This document shows, one piece after another, positions 26,401 through 35,609 of a DNA stretch of 41,109 nucleotides. Location: the IMG/VR virus record IMGVR_UViG_3300012933_000388, positions 64,001 to 105,109 of that record; one strand, 5' to 3'. Position 1 is the stretch's first letter; the number at the start of each line of letters is the position of its first letter. Origin of the DNA: a virus. Taxonomy: Duplodnaviria > Heunggongvirae > Uroviricota > Caudoviricetes. The translations under genes were made by a program, and so were the position numbers. The notes under the pieces were generated by a model. The model was not told the DNA's origin and made no database searches. It worked only from the letters and a program-made list of their open reading frames with translations.

Positions 26401-27316
26401 CCATATCTCTGGAGCATCGACGTATCACTTCATGCAGTATGGCGCGATTGATACATTTACTGGTAATGGTTCGGTAACGGACTACACATTGTCGGTAGCA
26501 GCAAATACAAGCACAGCTACTGTATACCTTGATGGTTTATTGCAGGCTCCGACTACAGACTTCACGATTAGTGGTACAACGCTTAGCTTTACAACTGCCC
26601 CACTCGATGGTGAGATTGTATTAGTATACCACACTGAGAGTATATCCTCAGCTATTCCGAGTCTAGCAATTGCTGGAACGGATACGTTTGCTGGTAATAG
26701 CACAAGCGTCAATTTTACGCTAACATCCACAGCAGACATCAGCACAAGCCTCGTAACTGTTAATGGTATAGTCCAACGGTATGGTGTGGATTACACTATC
26801 TCAGGATTGACACTGACGTTTACTGATGCACCACCGAATGGATCAGCTATTCAATCGATGCGGTTCACGGGATCTGTTGGTACTGCATACCGCTCAGTCG
26901 CTGTTGGGTCTTCTACGATTGCCGCTGAGTCGGCAGCTAGTACGCTAATAATTGCTAATAATGCTGGCGTAACAGCAACAGTCAGCAACAGCACTATATC
27001 GATTGGTCTCTCAGACATAGCTAAGCAAAGTCTGACAGGAAATGGTTCTAATACTCAATTCACATTGGTGTATAGTGCAACCGCCGATGATTTGTTTGTG
27101 TATGTTAATGGTATCTACTTCCACCCAGATGAAGATTACACTGTGGCTAACACTACGCTGACGTTTACTGTAGCACCAGTAGATACTTCTCAGATCCGTA
27201 TCAGATTCATGCGCGCCCCAAGCGGTTTAATATCGTTGATGGGTGATTTGGACTCAGGTACAGGATCGTATGATATGGACTCACAAGATGGGCCACCAGT
27301 CGACCTAAACGCATAA
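23450..27316 (+). CDS. Tail fibre (1288 aa): Mtd_N-like N-terminus, AYxNA coiled-coil stalk, four C-terminal Ig-like repeats
   Basis: KIQIKRSSVAGRVP...GEFAVNLTDKRLF; AY(S/A)NA repeats; four copies of (F/L)xG(D/N)...F/YTL...V.(N/D/E)G...D(Y/F)T...L.FT.AP. Confidence 0.88.
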   Translation: MANNKIQIKRSSVAGRVPTAEQLAVGEFAVNLTDKRLFTKDTTNTVIDVLGQSLNTTANVSFSQANIGNVVTTHVSSASNLLLSTSTTEPIVISPNGHDTQFLPSGQIRPYGVIMGSSYDSNQVDVSYLGPLQLKGMAYGVDITTSPDNGSTSHVWTFGTDGNLGAPGNVTANGTITANTFVGNVDWSYVTSKPDLKISITGDATGNNTFTDLANGSIEVTLANTTVTAGTYGNSSVIPVITVDSKGRITSATTNAVAGITGYSYTSANNTFAITAGDGSVYKTTIDTVNTFSVSNTLNVTGVGTFSNDVVVYGNLTVSGTTTYINTTELNVGDNIIVLNADVTGTPTENAGIEVQRGTLLNANITWDENINKWVMGYGDTIYRDIVANTDLAAAVLDLTTTANNFAANAYANAVSTAATDATDKAANAYSNAVSYADAKAANAYSNAVAYAASNSYVNSTFAPKADPTFTGNVTIATIVANGTIGTAGQVITSNGSTLYWSTPAGVTGFTYTPANSTFVVTAGNGTTYPATINGANSSTKGIVTVVDQFFGEESTVVASANAVAHVFAVASAAHVKADDAAANALSAYANAVAYANTIAATAYSNATSYADTKAAAAYSNAIAYSGNAALAYANAVTFATTVANNAYANAISYSIIDATNRAAVAYSNATSYADTVATTAYNNAVTVATGAASNAYANAIAYSGNAAAAYANAVAYTDTYAATNTYVNTALAHKANLAGPTFTGLVTVSGTASFAGNISFSNTKLDANGSVGSAGQILTSGGPGGNVYWSTVTSSNGGVGTLYTISTSANLSSANVILTGADSTIGNVKFTGNGGIGISSDGTIITIDGSNIVGGGGNAYGTIAVSGQSSLIANQTNTTLTFVAGNNVTLTTNTGSGSITISATGGSGGSTGNAAGNAFISGRDNFVGDGTETSFTLSQDGSANSVLVLVEGLVQFHSEDYTVVGTALTFATAPANNEAIEVLHISGASTYHFMQYGAIDTFTGNGSVTDYTLSVAANTSTATVYLDGLLQAPTTDFTISGTTLSFTTAPLDGEIVLVYHTESISSAIPSLAIAGTDTFAGNSTSVNFTLTSTADISTSLVTVNGIVQRYGVDYTISGLTLTFTDAPPNGSAIQSMRFTGSVGTAYRSVAVGSSTIAAESAASTLIIANNAGVTATVSNSTISIGLSDIAKQSLTGNGSNTQFTLVYSATADDLFVYVNGIYFHPDEDYTVANTTLTFTVAPVDTSQIRIRFMRAPSGLISLMGDLDSGTGSYDMDSQDGPPVDLNA

Positions 27317-27324
27317 TATAAATA
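27317..27324 (+). promoter_or_regulatory. T4-type late promoter TATAAATA
   Basis: Exact consensus immediately after the TAA of the upstream gene, 28 nt before ATG 27353. Confidence 0.85.
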
Positions 27325-27352
27325 ACAGAAAAAGATTAACAGGACTCCCAAC

Positions 27353-28507
27353 ATGCCAACATCATTACAGTTTAGAAGAGGCAATAGTGCAGCAGCAGCT
27401 GCCGTAACTGGCGCTAACGGCGAAATTTACATCAACACACAGACCAAGACGATTCACGTCCATGATGGTGTGACTGCTGGCGGTTTTGCTCTTGCTAATG
27501 CTTCGAGTGTTGCTGCAAAAGCCAACGTGTACCTTAATGTTGTAGAAACTAGTGGTGGTAACGTTGCCATCGGCAATACTGTTACTGGCTGCTCGTTTAT
27601 TACTGTTAATGGTACAGAGCTGTCAGTAAATACCTCATACGGGTTGTCGGTTACGTCTGACTTTAACGTCGCCGGAGCTGCATATCTCAGTGGTGGTACT
27701 ACATTATACAGCAACACTTACATTCATTATGATAGCGGGTCGGGAGCACTATATCTCGGTGGTAAGCTGTTCGCAAATAACTCAATGGGCTCGGCTGGCC
27801 AAGTACTGAAAACTAACGGCACAGGATACACATACTGGGGCGATGGTGGGGCCAGCTTAGCATCTGTTGCTGAAGACATCCTTCCATCGTTCAACGATGT
27901 CTTTGACCTTGGTTCGTCTGCTAAGCGTTGGAATGATGTATTCCTAACAGGCACTGTCAATGTCAATGGTGCAACGTTGACCGGCAATACTGTTACATTG
28001 GACGGATCGCCAAACACATATAACATTTCTACAGCAGCTAACTTTGTATCAAATGGCGCTGTGGTTTCTCGTACCGCGCTGGTTGGTGATTTGTTGTTTA
28101 CGAATAACATGATCACACCTAGCAGCAGCGCTTCTCAGTATGCTGGTACTGCTAACACGCTCCTCATTAACGGCCGCGTGACTATCACGAAGGGTGTGAC
28201 ATTTACGCCATCGACTTTAGCTACAACAGGTACTGTGGATATCAGCTTTGATAGTAATGCGGTATTGACCCAAGGACCACTAACTGGTGATATTACATAT
28301 ACTGGCAGCTCATATGCTGCTGGCAGCTCTGTTACAGTTCGTGTCACGAACGGGTCAACCGAACGTAGTGCATCGTTCCCGACAAACTGGGTGTTTGTTG
28401 GCACTGAGCCAACAACTATCGCGGCAAACAAAACAGCCATTCTGACTGTAACATCATTTGGCACAACAGAAGCTGATTGTGTAGCAGCTTGGGCAGTACA
28501 AGGATGA
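27353..28507 (+). CDS. Tail fibre/spike with Mtd_N-like (major tropism determinant N-terminal) domain
   Basis: LQFRRG...GANGEIYINTQTKTIHVHDGVTAGG; GSAGQVLKTNGTG and FDLGSSAKRWNDVF fibre motifs. Confidence 0.82.
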   Translation: MPTSLQFRRGNSAAAAAVTGANGEIYINTQTKTIHVHDGVTAGGFALANASSVAAKANVYLNVVETSGGNVAIGNTVTGCSFITVNGTELSVNTSYGLSVTSDFNVAGAAYLSGGTTLYSNTYIHYDSGSGALYLGGKLFANNSMGSAGQVLKTNGTGYTYWGDGGASLASVAEDILPSFNDVFDLGSSAKRWNDVFLTGTVNVNGATLTGNTVTLDGSPNTYNISTAANFVSNGAVVSRTALVGDLLFTNNMITPSSSASQYAGTANTLLINGRVTITKGVTFTPSTLATTGTVDISFDSNAVLTQGPLTGDITYTGSSYAAGSSVTVRVTNGSTERSASFPTNWVFVGTEPTTIAANKTAILTVTSFGTTEADCVAAWAVQG

Positions 28508-29682
28508 TAGGTCTTAACTTACACAATCCAGGGTTCGTCGGAATGCTTGGCGGCGGCGGCCCCTTAGCACTCGACGGTCTATTGGACACCACCTTCATAA
28601 CTAATGCTGGCACAGGATTCACTGGCGGCAACGGTAGGGTAACTCAAGCAATACGTGTCGCGGATGGTAAAATCCTAGCTGTAGGAGACTTCACCGCATA
28701 TAACGGAAATTATGCTCCATACATTGCAAGAATAAATTCAGACGGCTCATTTGACAATACATTTAACCCTGGTTCTGGATTCAACTATATTCCAGATTGT
28801 GTTGCGTACAAGGCTTCAACAGGAGAGTATATAGTCGGTGGTAGTTTTAGTACATACAATGGATCCTCCGTACCAAAAGTTTTTGCAATCCAGCCGGACG
28901 GATCACGTCAAGGATTTTTCAACCCAACACACACCTTTGGTGGGTATAGTATTATTGGTATAGCAGTCGATACTAGCGGCATATTCGTTGCTGCTGGTAG
29001 TAGTCATGTGTTAGTAAAGTTGGACGGCACTACCGGATCTACGTTACTGTCGGGTATTAGTGGAGGCTATCGTGAGGGAAGCTTAGCTGCTATAAGTGTG
29101 GTGAACACTATGTCAGGACCAATGGTTGCTCTGGCTGTTCCATGGAACGTCCCAGGAAAGGGCACGCGATATGTTATCTTAGTCGATGGTAGCAATCACA
29201 ATCTCGTAACTAGTTTTGATTCCTCTTCGATCACTGGCACCATCAACAATCTATCTTCGTTATTGCAAGGCGGATCGCCAAGAATCATGGCGGGCGGATT
29301 TAGACCATATCTATTGACAGAAACAGGTGCGCTTGCGTCCGGATATACTCTTCCTTATGTTTTCAATACAACAGCAAACCGACCAGTCCTTCCAATCGAC
29401 GTTACGTCGGAGTCGGGATTCCTGATTGCGACAGGATCGCAGGTTTATAAGGTGTTGAATGACGGGAGTGCGTCTTCTACGTTTGATAATATGTGGGCAC
29501 TACAATGGACCAACTACGCCGCTAGCATGACCTCCATTGTTACGCCTTTATCGACGACTGACGCAACACAGCAAGGCGTCGTAATCGTTGGACAGTTTGA
29601 TAGAAGAGTAAGTTATAATACTGGTCAGACCACTATGTTGCCATCTGGTATAGTGAAGCTGACATTTAACTACAATAGATAA
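28504..29682 (+). CDS. Delta-60 repeat (DUF5122-like) beta-propeller protein, candidate receptor-binding module
   Basis: ATG at 28504 (ATGA overlap) is preferred over 28477; DGKILAVGDF...IARINSDGSFDNTFNPGSGFN...IVGGSFSTYNG repeats. Confidence 0.75.
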   Translation: MIGLNLHNPGFVGMLGGGGPLALDGLLDTTFITNAGTGFTGGNGRVTQAIRVADGKILAVGDFTAYNGNYAPYIARINSDGSFDNTFNPGSGFNYIPDCVAYKASTGEYIVGGSFSTYNGSSVPKVFAIQPDGSRQGFFNPTHTFGGYSIIGIAVDTSGIFVAAGSSHVLVKLDGTTGSTLLSGISGGYREGSLAAISVVNTMSGPMVALAVPWNVPGKGTRYVILVDGSNHNLVTSFDSSSITGTINNLSSLLQGGSPRIMAGGFRPYLLTETGALASGYTLPYVFNTTANRPVLPIDVTSESGFLIATGSQVYKVLNDGSASSTFDNMWALQWTNYAASMTSIVTPLSTTDATQQGVVIVGQFDRRVSYNTGQTTMLPSGIVKLTFNYNR

Positions 29683-29710
29683 TGTTTATTTTGTGAACTA
29701 ACATACTGAT

Positions 29711-31243
29711 ATGATTCCTAATATATTATGGCAGACGTGGAAGACTAAGGATATCCCAGATTCCGTTAAACCGCAAGTTGATACGTGGCGAGCATCTAAT
29801 CCACATCTGGATTTTAAGTTCCAGGGTGATGAGGAATGCTCTAGCTTTATACTAGAGCATTTTGGTGAGAAAATTTATAACCTCTATACTGCACTCCCTC
29901 AGCCGATAATGCGCGCTGACTTTTGGAGAGTCGCTGTGGTGTATGTGCATGGGGGATATTATGCCGACCTCGACCTCGCATGCAACTCCCACCTAGACAA
30001 CATTGTGCCAAACACGGCCGATGCTTGCTTTATGGTCGAGCGTGATAATGTTGCTAACTTTTTCTTTGGTGCAACGCCAAAGCATCCCGCACTCGCCCTT
30101 GCTCTTGAGTATATGATTAGAGAAGCAAGAGATACGGTGATCAAGGATACACAGAGCTTCGGAATGCACTCGCTTCACCAAGCGATGAGAGATCATTATG
30201 CTGTGGTGGGCAATCAATATCCGAACGACAACAACACACGTACCTTAGATATCCAGATTCTACAACACGAAGGGATAATGAGGCACTATGTCGCTAGCCT
30301 CAATGCAGGACCACAATATGACTCTTGGAGACAGCGAGATGTAGTAATGCGCCGGGAACGAGAGCTGTGCGATGATGTACTATTCTTCACCACATTCAAT
30401 AAGAATGGATATGATTTATATGGTAGAGAGTGGATCCGCAGCTTTATTAGGACCGCTAACTACTACGGCAAGGTGCGCGCAAGAGTGTACTATGAAGGGT
30501 TTGCTCCTGATATCGATCATCCATCTATTGAGTGGGTCGACTACGAACAAGCAGTTCCACTACACGCTGAGTGGAAGGCTGAGTATCTATCAAAATCAAC
30601 ACACTCTGATTATGTGAAGATGATGACGATTAGATTCAGCCACAAGGCGTTTGTAATTCAGCACGTGCTTGATCACATCACGGACAAGTATGTAATCTGG
30701 CTTGATGGCGATTGTGTTTTTAAAGCAGACGACTATAGTCATTTCCCGTCTAACATATTGGATGGTAAGTTCCTGGCATGTCAGGTAGAGCATGCGCATG
30801 ATTTGAACCATGTTGAGTCGGGCATTTTAATATTTGATGGTACCCACCCCGATACAAAAGAATTTAACCGCGAGTTTAAGGAACACTACAGAGTAGACAA
30901 TGTATTGCCAATGGGTCAGCCATATGATGGTTTCTTGGTATTCAAGTCGCTACTAACTTCTGAGGCCGCATACGTCGATTTAAATGAGGGGTATGGCAAA
31001 GGAGGGATACAAAGCGATCCGTCTATGACGTTCTGTCATCCGTCGATTAGTTCTAAGTTTATCCACAATATTGGGTGGACGGGCAAAACACAATATAGCG
31101 ACTGGGACAACATTTATGCTAGGGATGACATTTATTTGAAGATGAAATCTATATTGTTCGGTTCCTCTCCCATCGACATCCACGACAAGATAACATATGC
31201 ATCAGACACACTACAACAACTAAGCCGCCTGCGCCCAGTATAA
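29711..31243 (+). CDS. Two-domain glycosyltransferase: GT32/OCH1-like N-terminus plus second GT-A domain
   Basis: IPNILWQTW...ADFWR..VVYVHGGYYADLD; second domain from ~30371 with TTFN..GY..YG, RFSHKAF and WLDGD. Confidence 0.88.
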   Translation: MIPNILWQTWKTKDIPDSVKPQVDTWRASNPHLDFKFQGDEECSSFILEHFGEKIYNLYTALPQPIMRADFWRVAVVYVHGGYYADLDLACNSHLDNIVPNTADACFMVERDNVANFFFGATPKHPALALALEYMIREARDTVIKDTQSFGMHSLHQAMRDHYAVVGNQYPNDNNTRTLDIQILQHEGIMRHYVASLNAGPQYDSWRQRDVVMRRERELCDDVLFFTTFNKNGYDLYGREWIRSFIRTANYYGKVRARVYYEGFAPDIDHPSIEWVDYEQAVPLHAEWKAEYLSKSTHSDYVKMMTIRFSHKAFVIQHVLDHITDKYVIWLDGDCVFKADDYSHFPSNILDGKFLACQVEHAHDLNHVESGILIFDGTHPDTKEFNREFKEHYRVDNVLPMGQPYDGFLVFKSLLTSEAAYVDLNEGYGKGGIQSDPSMTFCHPSISSKFIHNIGWTGKTQYSDWDNIYARDDIYLKMKSILFGSSPIDIHDKITYASDTLQQLSRLRPV

Positions 31244-31247
31244 AATT

Positions 31248-32066
31248 ATGATCCCAAACACCGACAACATCACATATTTTACTACGTTCAATGAGGATGG
31301 ATATCTCCTCTATGGTAAGTCGTGGGTGCAGTCATTCGTTGATGTGGCTAATGTGAACAAGAATATCAAGGCCCGCATATATTGTGAGGGGTTTGTTCCT
31401 GACATCCACCACGAGTCCATCGAGTATGTGGACTTTGGGCAAGCGATTCCGGAACATGGCCGCTGGAAAACAGAATACACACAGCGTACTAATCACATGA
31501 GCTATACGAAGAAGATGGCTATTAGGTTTAGTCATAAGGCGTTCGTAATACAGCATGCGATCGACAACCCTAGCGGTCGATATATGGTGTGGCTGGACGG
31601 CGATTGTGTTTTCAAACCAGCCGATCATTCTTTGTTTGCGTCGACGGTAACAAACAACAAAGTGCTGGCATGTCAAGTTGAAGCGATTAAGGATACGACG
31701 ATATCTCATGTGGAGTCTGGCATTCTGATATTTGATACCGAGCATCCAGATTTGGAGCGGTTGAATAGCGCGTTCAAGATATTATACCGACCTGCACAAG
31801 TAATCAAGATGCCAAATGATGCTGTTGATACTAAAGCTGATGGGAACTGGCAGGACTATGGTCCATATGATGGCTTTATACTGCACAGGGCGTTGGTCGT
31901 TTCGGAGATTGCTTTTGAAAACTTGAATACTACAGACCTGGTTGATACACCAGTATCTGTTGCAAGCTCAACGTTCTACCATTCAGAGTTAAAGTCTAGA
32001 TTCATCCACAACATAGGACCTGCTGGCAAACAAGAGTATGCACAACATGATGGAGTAATGTTTTGA
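31248..32066 (+). CDS. GT-A glycosyltransferase, paralogue of the C-terminal domain of 29711-31243
   Basis: Shared IRFSHKAFVIQH, WLDGDCVFK, LACQVE, HVESGILIFD, YDGF and FIHNIG. Confidence 0.85.
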   Translation: MIPNTDNITYFTTFNEDGYLLYGKSWVQSFVDVANVNKNIKARIYCEGFVPDIHHESIEYVDFGQAIPEHGRWKTEYTQRTNHMSYTKKMAIRFSHKAFVIQHAIDNPSGRYMVWLDGDCVFKPADHSLFASTVTNNKVLACQVEAIKDTTISHVESGILIFDTEHPDLERLNSAFKILYRPAQVIKMPNDAVDTKADGNWQDYGPYDGFILHRALVVSEIAFENLNTTDLVDTPVSVASSTFYHSELKSRFIHNIGPAGKQEYAQHDGVMF

Positions 32067-33223
32067 GAATAGTTATTGATATCCAAGGCATGCAAACACA
32101 CCAGTCTCGAAAAAGAGGCGTGGGTAGATATGTTTCTGAAATAGTAAGAGAGTTTGTGAAGCTAGCACACAACCATGAAGTTATCTTAGTTGCAAATGAC
32201 AACTACGGTGATACACAAGAGTCGTTGCAAGCTATCTTAGGCGATGTTCAGATTGCATTCTGGAGCTTCCATACTGGTGATGTTCGAGATGTGCAAAGAG
32301 ATAGGGAAAAGTTCATTCTTAAAAAGAGACCCGATCTTGTATGGATGCCTTCCTTGCAGGAAGGTCACGGCGAAGATACGGTAACGAGTATTAATAAGAC
32401 AGTAGACTCGGCCTGCATTTGGGTAACTACTGTGCATGATGTAATACCTCTTATACTCAGAGAAGATTATCTAAAAGACCCTAACACACGCAACTGGTAT
32501 GAGGAAAAGGTAGTGCAATCGAGAAAGAGCGACTATCTTTTTACAGTGTCTGAGTTTTCTAAAGATAAGATTTCCGAACTATTACCATTCGATAAGTCTA
32601 AAATCTTCGTTGTGCCTCCAGCCGTCAATCTGGATATGTTTAATGCGAAGGAAGATACACCAATCGACGCGTCGCCATATATTCTATTTGTTAGTGGATA
32701 TAACCCACATAAGAACGTTGAGAGACTGATAAAGGCATACTCCGCTTTGCCTGAAGGTGTGCGGTCGACACATAAACTATTGTTGGTGGGTGCTGCTTTA
32801 GCTGACCACCACTACCAGTATGTGATCGACAATAATATTCAAAATGTAGAGTTTCTGCATAGCGTCAGTACTGATGAGTTAATCAACTATTATAGAAACT
32901 GTAGCTTGTTCGTTTTCCCTTCGTATGCTGAAGGGTTTGGGATACCTCCGTTGGAGGCCATGGCTTGTGGTGCACCTACAATAACATCAAATGCTCATAG
33001 CCTACCTGAAGTTGTCGGCATGCCCGAAGCCATGTTCGATCCATTTAATGTAGATCAGATATCGAGCGTCATGCACAGAGGGTTGACGGACGAAGCGTTC
33101 CGAAAAGAGCTGATATATAATGGTACGGAAAGAGCAAGACAATTTGGCTGGAAGAAGAGTGCTCAATATGCAATGAGCTGCTTTGAAGAAATGTATAAGA
33201 ATCACATTGTGAAGGAAAGATAA
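32063..33223 (+). CDS. GT4 (GT-B) glycosyltransferase, mannosyltransferase/WbdA-like
   Basis: MRIVIDIQG...RGVGRY, TVHDVIP, PHKNVERL and FPSYAEGFGIPPLEAMACG; TTG start overlapping the previous TGA. Confidence 0.92.
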   Translation: MRIVIDIQGMQTHQSRKRGVGRYVSEIVREFVKLAHNHEVILVANDNYGDTQESLQAILGDVQIAFWSFHTGDVRDVQRDREKFILKKRPDLVWMPSLQEGHGEDTVTSINKTVDSACIWVTTVHDVIPLILREDYLKDPNTRNWYEEKVVQSRKSDYLFTVSEFSKDKISELLPFDKSKIFVVPPAVNLDMFNAKEDTPIDASPYILFVSGYNPHKNVERLIKAYSALPEGVRSTHKLLLVGAALADHHYQYVIDNNIQNVEFLHSVSTDELINYYRNCSLFVFPSYAEGFGIPPLEAMACGAPTITSNAHSLPEVVGMPEAMFDPFNVDQISSVMHRGLTDEAFRKELIYNGTERARQFGWKKSAQYAMSCFEEMYKNHIVKER

Positions 33224-33870
33224 TGAGTGGCGAAATAAAGTGGTGGCATTCGATTGAGTTACCAGATGGAACAATTACCCCAGGCATGAAGAGCTATGAG
33301 CTGCTTTGCACTGAGGCGCGCAGCTATTTTCATGGCATAGATCTCATCGGTAAAACGGTATTAGATGTTGGCGCATGGGATGGTTTTATGTCGTTCGAGG
33401 CTGAAAGAAGAGGCGCGAAGCGTGTTCTCGCAGTCGAGCATGACAGCTGGTCGGGGTGTGGGTGGGGCACTAAGGATGGGTTCAACTATGCTCATAGCCG
33501 TATCAATTCAAAGGTCGAGAGTTTAGATTCTGACCTATTCGACTTAGACCCGCAAGTTCAAGGAAAGTTTGACGTTGTCTTGTTCCTCGGTGTACTATAT
33601 CATCTAACGGACCCGTTCGGGGGATTGAAGAAGGTCGCAGATATGACGAACGATATGTTGATCGTTGAGTCTACAGTATACCATACGTTTACAGATGAAC
33701 CTGTGATGCGATATCATTTAGGGGATGAACTTAGCAACGATCCTTCAAACTACTGGACACCGAACGAGCGGTGCCTACGTAACATGCTTATTGAGCTTGG
33801 GTTTACTAGAATAGAAACCTCTCCTGGTCCTTCGCCTAATAGAATTGTGGCCAAGGCTTGGAAGCGTTGA
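33223..33870 (+). CDS. Class I SAM-dependent methyltransferase (CmoB/DUF1698-like)
   Basis: WWHSIEL, GKTVLDVGAWDGFMSF and FDVVLFLGVLYH. Confidence 0.85.
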   Translation: MSGEIKWWHSIELPDGTITPGMKSYELLCTEARSYFHGIDLIGKTVLDVGAWDGFMSFEAERRGAKRVLAVEHDSWSGCGWGTKDGFNYAHSRINSKVESLDSDLFDLDPQVQGKFDVVLFLGVLYHLTDPFGGLKKVADMTNDMLIVESTVYHTFTDEPVMRYHLGDELSNDPSNYWTPNERCLRNMLIELGFTRIETSPGPSPNRIVAKAWKR

Positions 33871-33877
33871 AGCAATA

Positions 33878-35608
33878 ATGCACCGCATAACCACACTCAA
33901 TGAGAAGAAGATACACTCCCAAAATGGTGAAGATGGTATCATTGATTATATTTTTGCTGCTATAGGAGCAACGAATAAGGTTGCAGTTGAAATCGGTGTC
34001 TCAGTAACTTCAACAGACCAGCAGGGAAACTATATCTCCAATCGGTTGGAAAACAACACAGCTGCGTTGGCGGAGAAAGGCTGGGAGCTGTATTGGTTTG
34101 ATATAATCGACCCCTTTGTGACGCCAAGTAATTGTACCTTCACCAACAAGTTTTTAACGAAAGACAATATCGTCGGTTGTTTCGAGCAAAACGGTATACC
34201 GAAGGAATTTGATCTATTATCGATCGACATCGATAGCAACGACTACTACCTGAGGGATGCTCTGAGAGGGTATTCGCCGAGAGTTGTTGTATTAGAGTAT
34301 AATGGTTGTTTCGACGGAAGTGCCGAACATATTATGCCATATAATGAAGATTATGTCTGGTCGGGTGATAGAGAGTATGGGGCCAGCTTAAAGTCACTCA
34401 CCAATCAAGCCGAAGAACTAGGGTACGATTTAGTGTATTGTGAGAAGAATGGAGTCAATGCTTTCTTCATACGTAAAGACGTTAACACATTCAAGTCGCT
34501 AACCTCTGAAGAGGCTTGGGTTAAGTTGTGGTGGGCGAGGAGGACAGGAGATCGAGGATCTCTGAACAACGTTTATAGTAGCGTTCTACAGAGACTGATC
34601 ACAGACGATGAATATGAAACGTATAAAGATATCGATATCGGGCAGGTGAAAGATATCCTGATCGACACGCCGGAATACAAAACCCTAAATTCAAAAAAGC
34701 TGAGTGCCATATCTCCTCAAATCACTTTTCCATATACAATTATGGCGGTCAACGATAGAGCTTCTCTTAACACGGAGAGAACAAAGAGCATTATACCGAC
34801 AGAGTTTATAAGTGACATCGAATTCGTCAATGGTAATGCCGCTGATATGCAATCGTATTTTAATAATAACGGTATAAAGATAACTTGGGATGAGGCGGTT
34901 TGGGAGAGAAAGCCTCTACCTGGTGAATTGGGATGTGTGGCTAGCCATCTAAACTGCCTGAAGTATATTGTCGAGAACAACATACCAAATATGTTGGTGA
35001 TTGAAGATGATGCGGTATTGGATGAAAACTGTTTAAGTATCCTGAACAATTGCTACAACGATCTACCGGAAGACTATGACTTCTTGGTGAACATGACTGA
35101 TCTTTGGGTAGGAGAGCACTTCGTTAAAGTTACTGAACCCACGTTGATAGGTTCACAGTTCATCAGTAAATCGTATCTAGTAAACTCGAGCACTATGATG
35201 ATGTTGTATTCATATAGCGGTGCTAAGAAAATTCTCGAGGCATATAAGACATATGGTGTATACACTCCCATCGATTTGTTCCTCCTTGATATGAGTCGAG
35301 ATCATGTATTGAATGGGTATTCGACTTTCTTCAGCAACCCGCTGGCCAAGTTTGGACAACAGTATGGGTCGATCATTGACCCTACCGATGTTAGAAAAAA
35401 TTATGCTGATATGGCAGACTTACCATGGGCTCAGGACAAGGAGAGATTCAATGGCGTATTGACTCTATATGAAAGCCTATTGGGTAGGCCAGCCGATAGA
35501 ACAGGAGCGCACTACTATGTGACGTCCGATTTCACCTTGCGAGAAATTAAGAACATACTCCTGAATTCGGATGAATATGTAGAGCGCCGTAAAACTGAAA
35601 GACAATAA
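33878..35608 (+). CDS. Fusion: FkbM-like methyltransferase + GT25 glycosyltransferase + DUF4214-like helical repeats
   Basis: ATG at 33878 preferred. SQNGEDG, VEIGV, FDLLSIDIDSND and PRVVVLEYN (FkbM-like); PGELGCVASH and LVIEDDA (GT25); LYESLLGRPAD..G..YY...S.EY. Confidence 0.85.
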   Translation: MHRITTLNEKKIHSQNGEDGIIDYIFAAIGATNKVAVEIGVSVTSTDQQGNYISNRLENNTAALAEKGWELYWFDIIDPFVTPSNCTFTNKFLTKDNIVGCFEQNGIPKEFDLLSIDIDSNDYYLRDALRGYSPRVVVLEYNGCFDGSAEHIMPYNEDYVWSGDREYGASLKSLTNQAEELGYDLVYCEKNGVNAFFIRKDVNTFKSLTSEEAWVKLWWARRTGDRGSLNNVYSSVLQRLITDDEYETYKDIDIGQVKDILIDTPEYKTLNSKKLSAISPQITFPYTIMAVNDRASLNTERTKSIIPTEFISDIEFVNGNAADMQSYFNNNGIKITWDEAVWERKPLPGELGCVASHLNCLKYIVENNIPNMLVIEDDAVLDENCLSILNNCYNDLPEDYDFLVNMTDLWVGEHFVKVTEPTLIGSQFISKSYLVNSSTMMMLYSYSGAKKILEAYKTYGVYTPIDLFLLDMSRDHVLNGYSTFFSNPLAKFGQQYGSIIDPTDVRKNYADMADLPWAQDKERFNGVLTLYESLLGRPADRTGAHYYVTSDFTLREIKNILLNSDEYVERRKTERQ

Positions 35609-35609
35609 T

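Noticed and set aside
23450-28507. Diversity-generating retroelement suggested by the Mtd_N-like domains
   Set aside because: No reverse transcriptase and no TR/VR pair differing only at adenines in this window; Mtd_N is an anchor domain found without DGRs.
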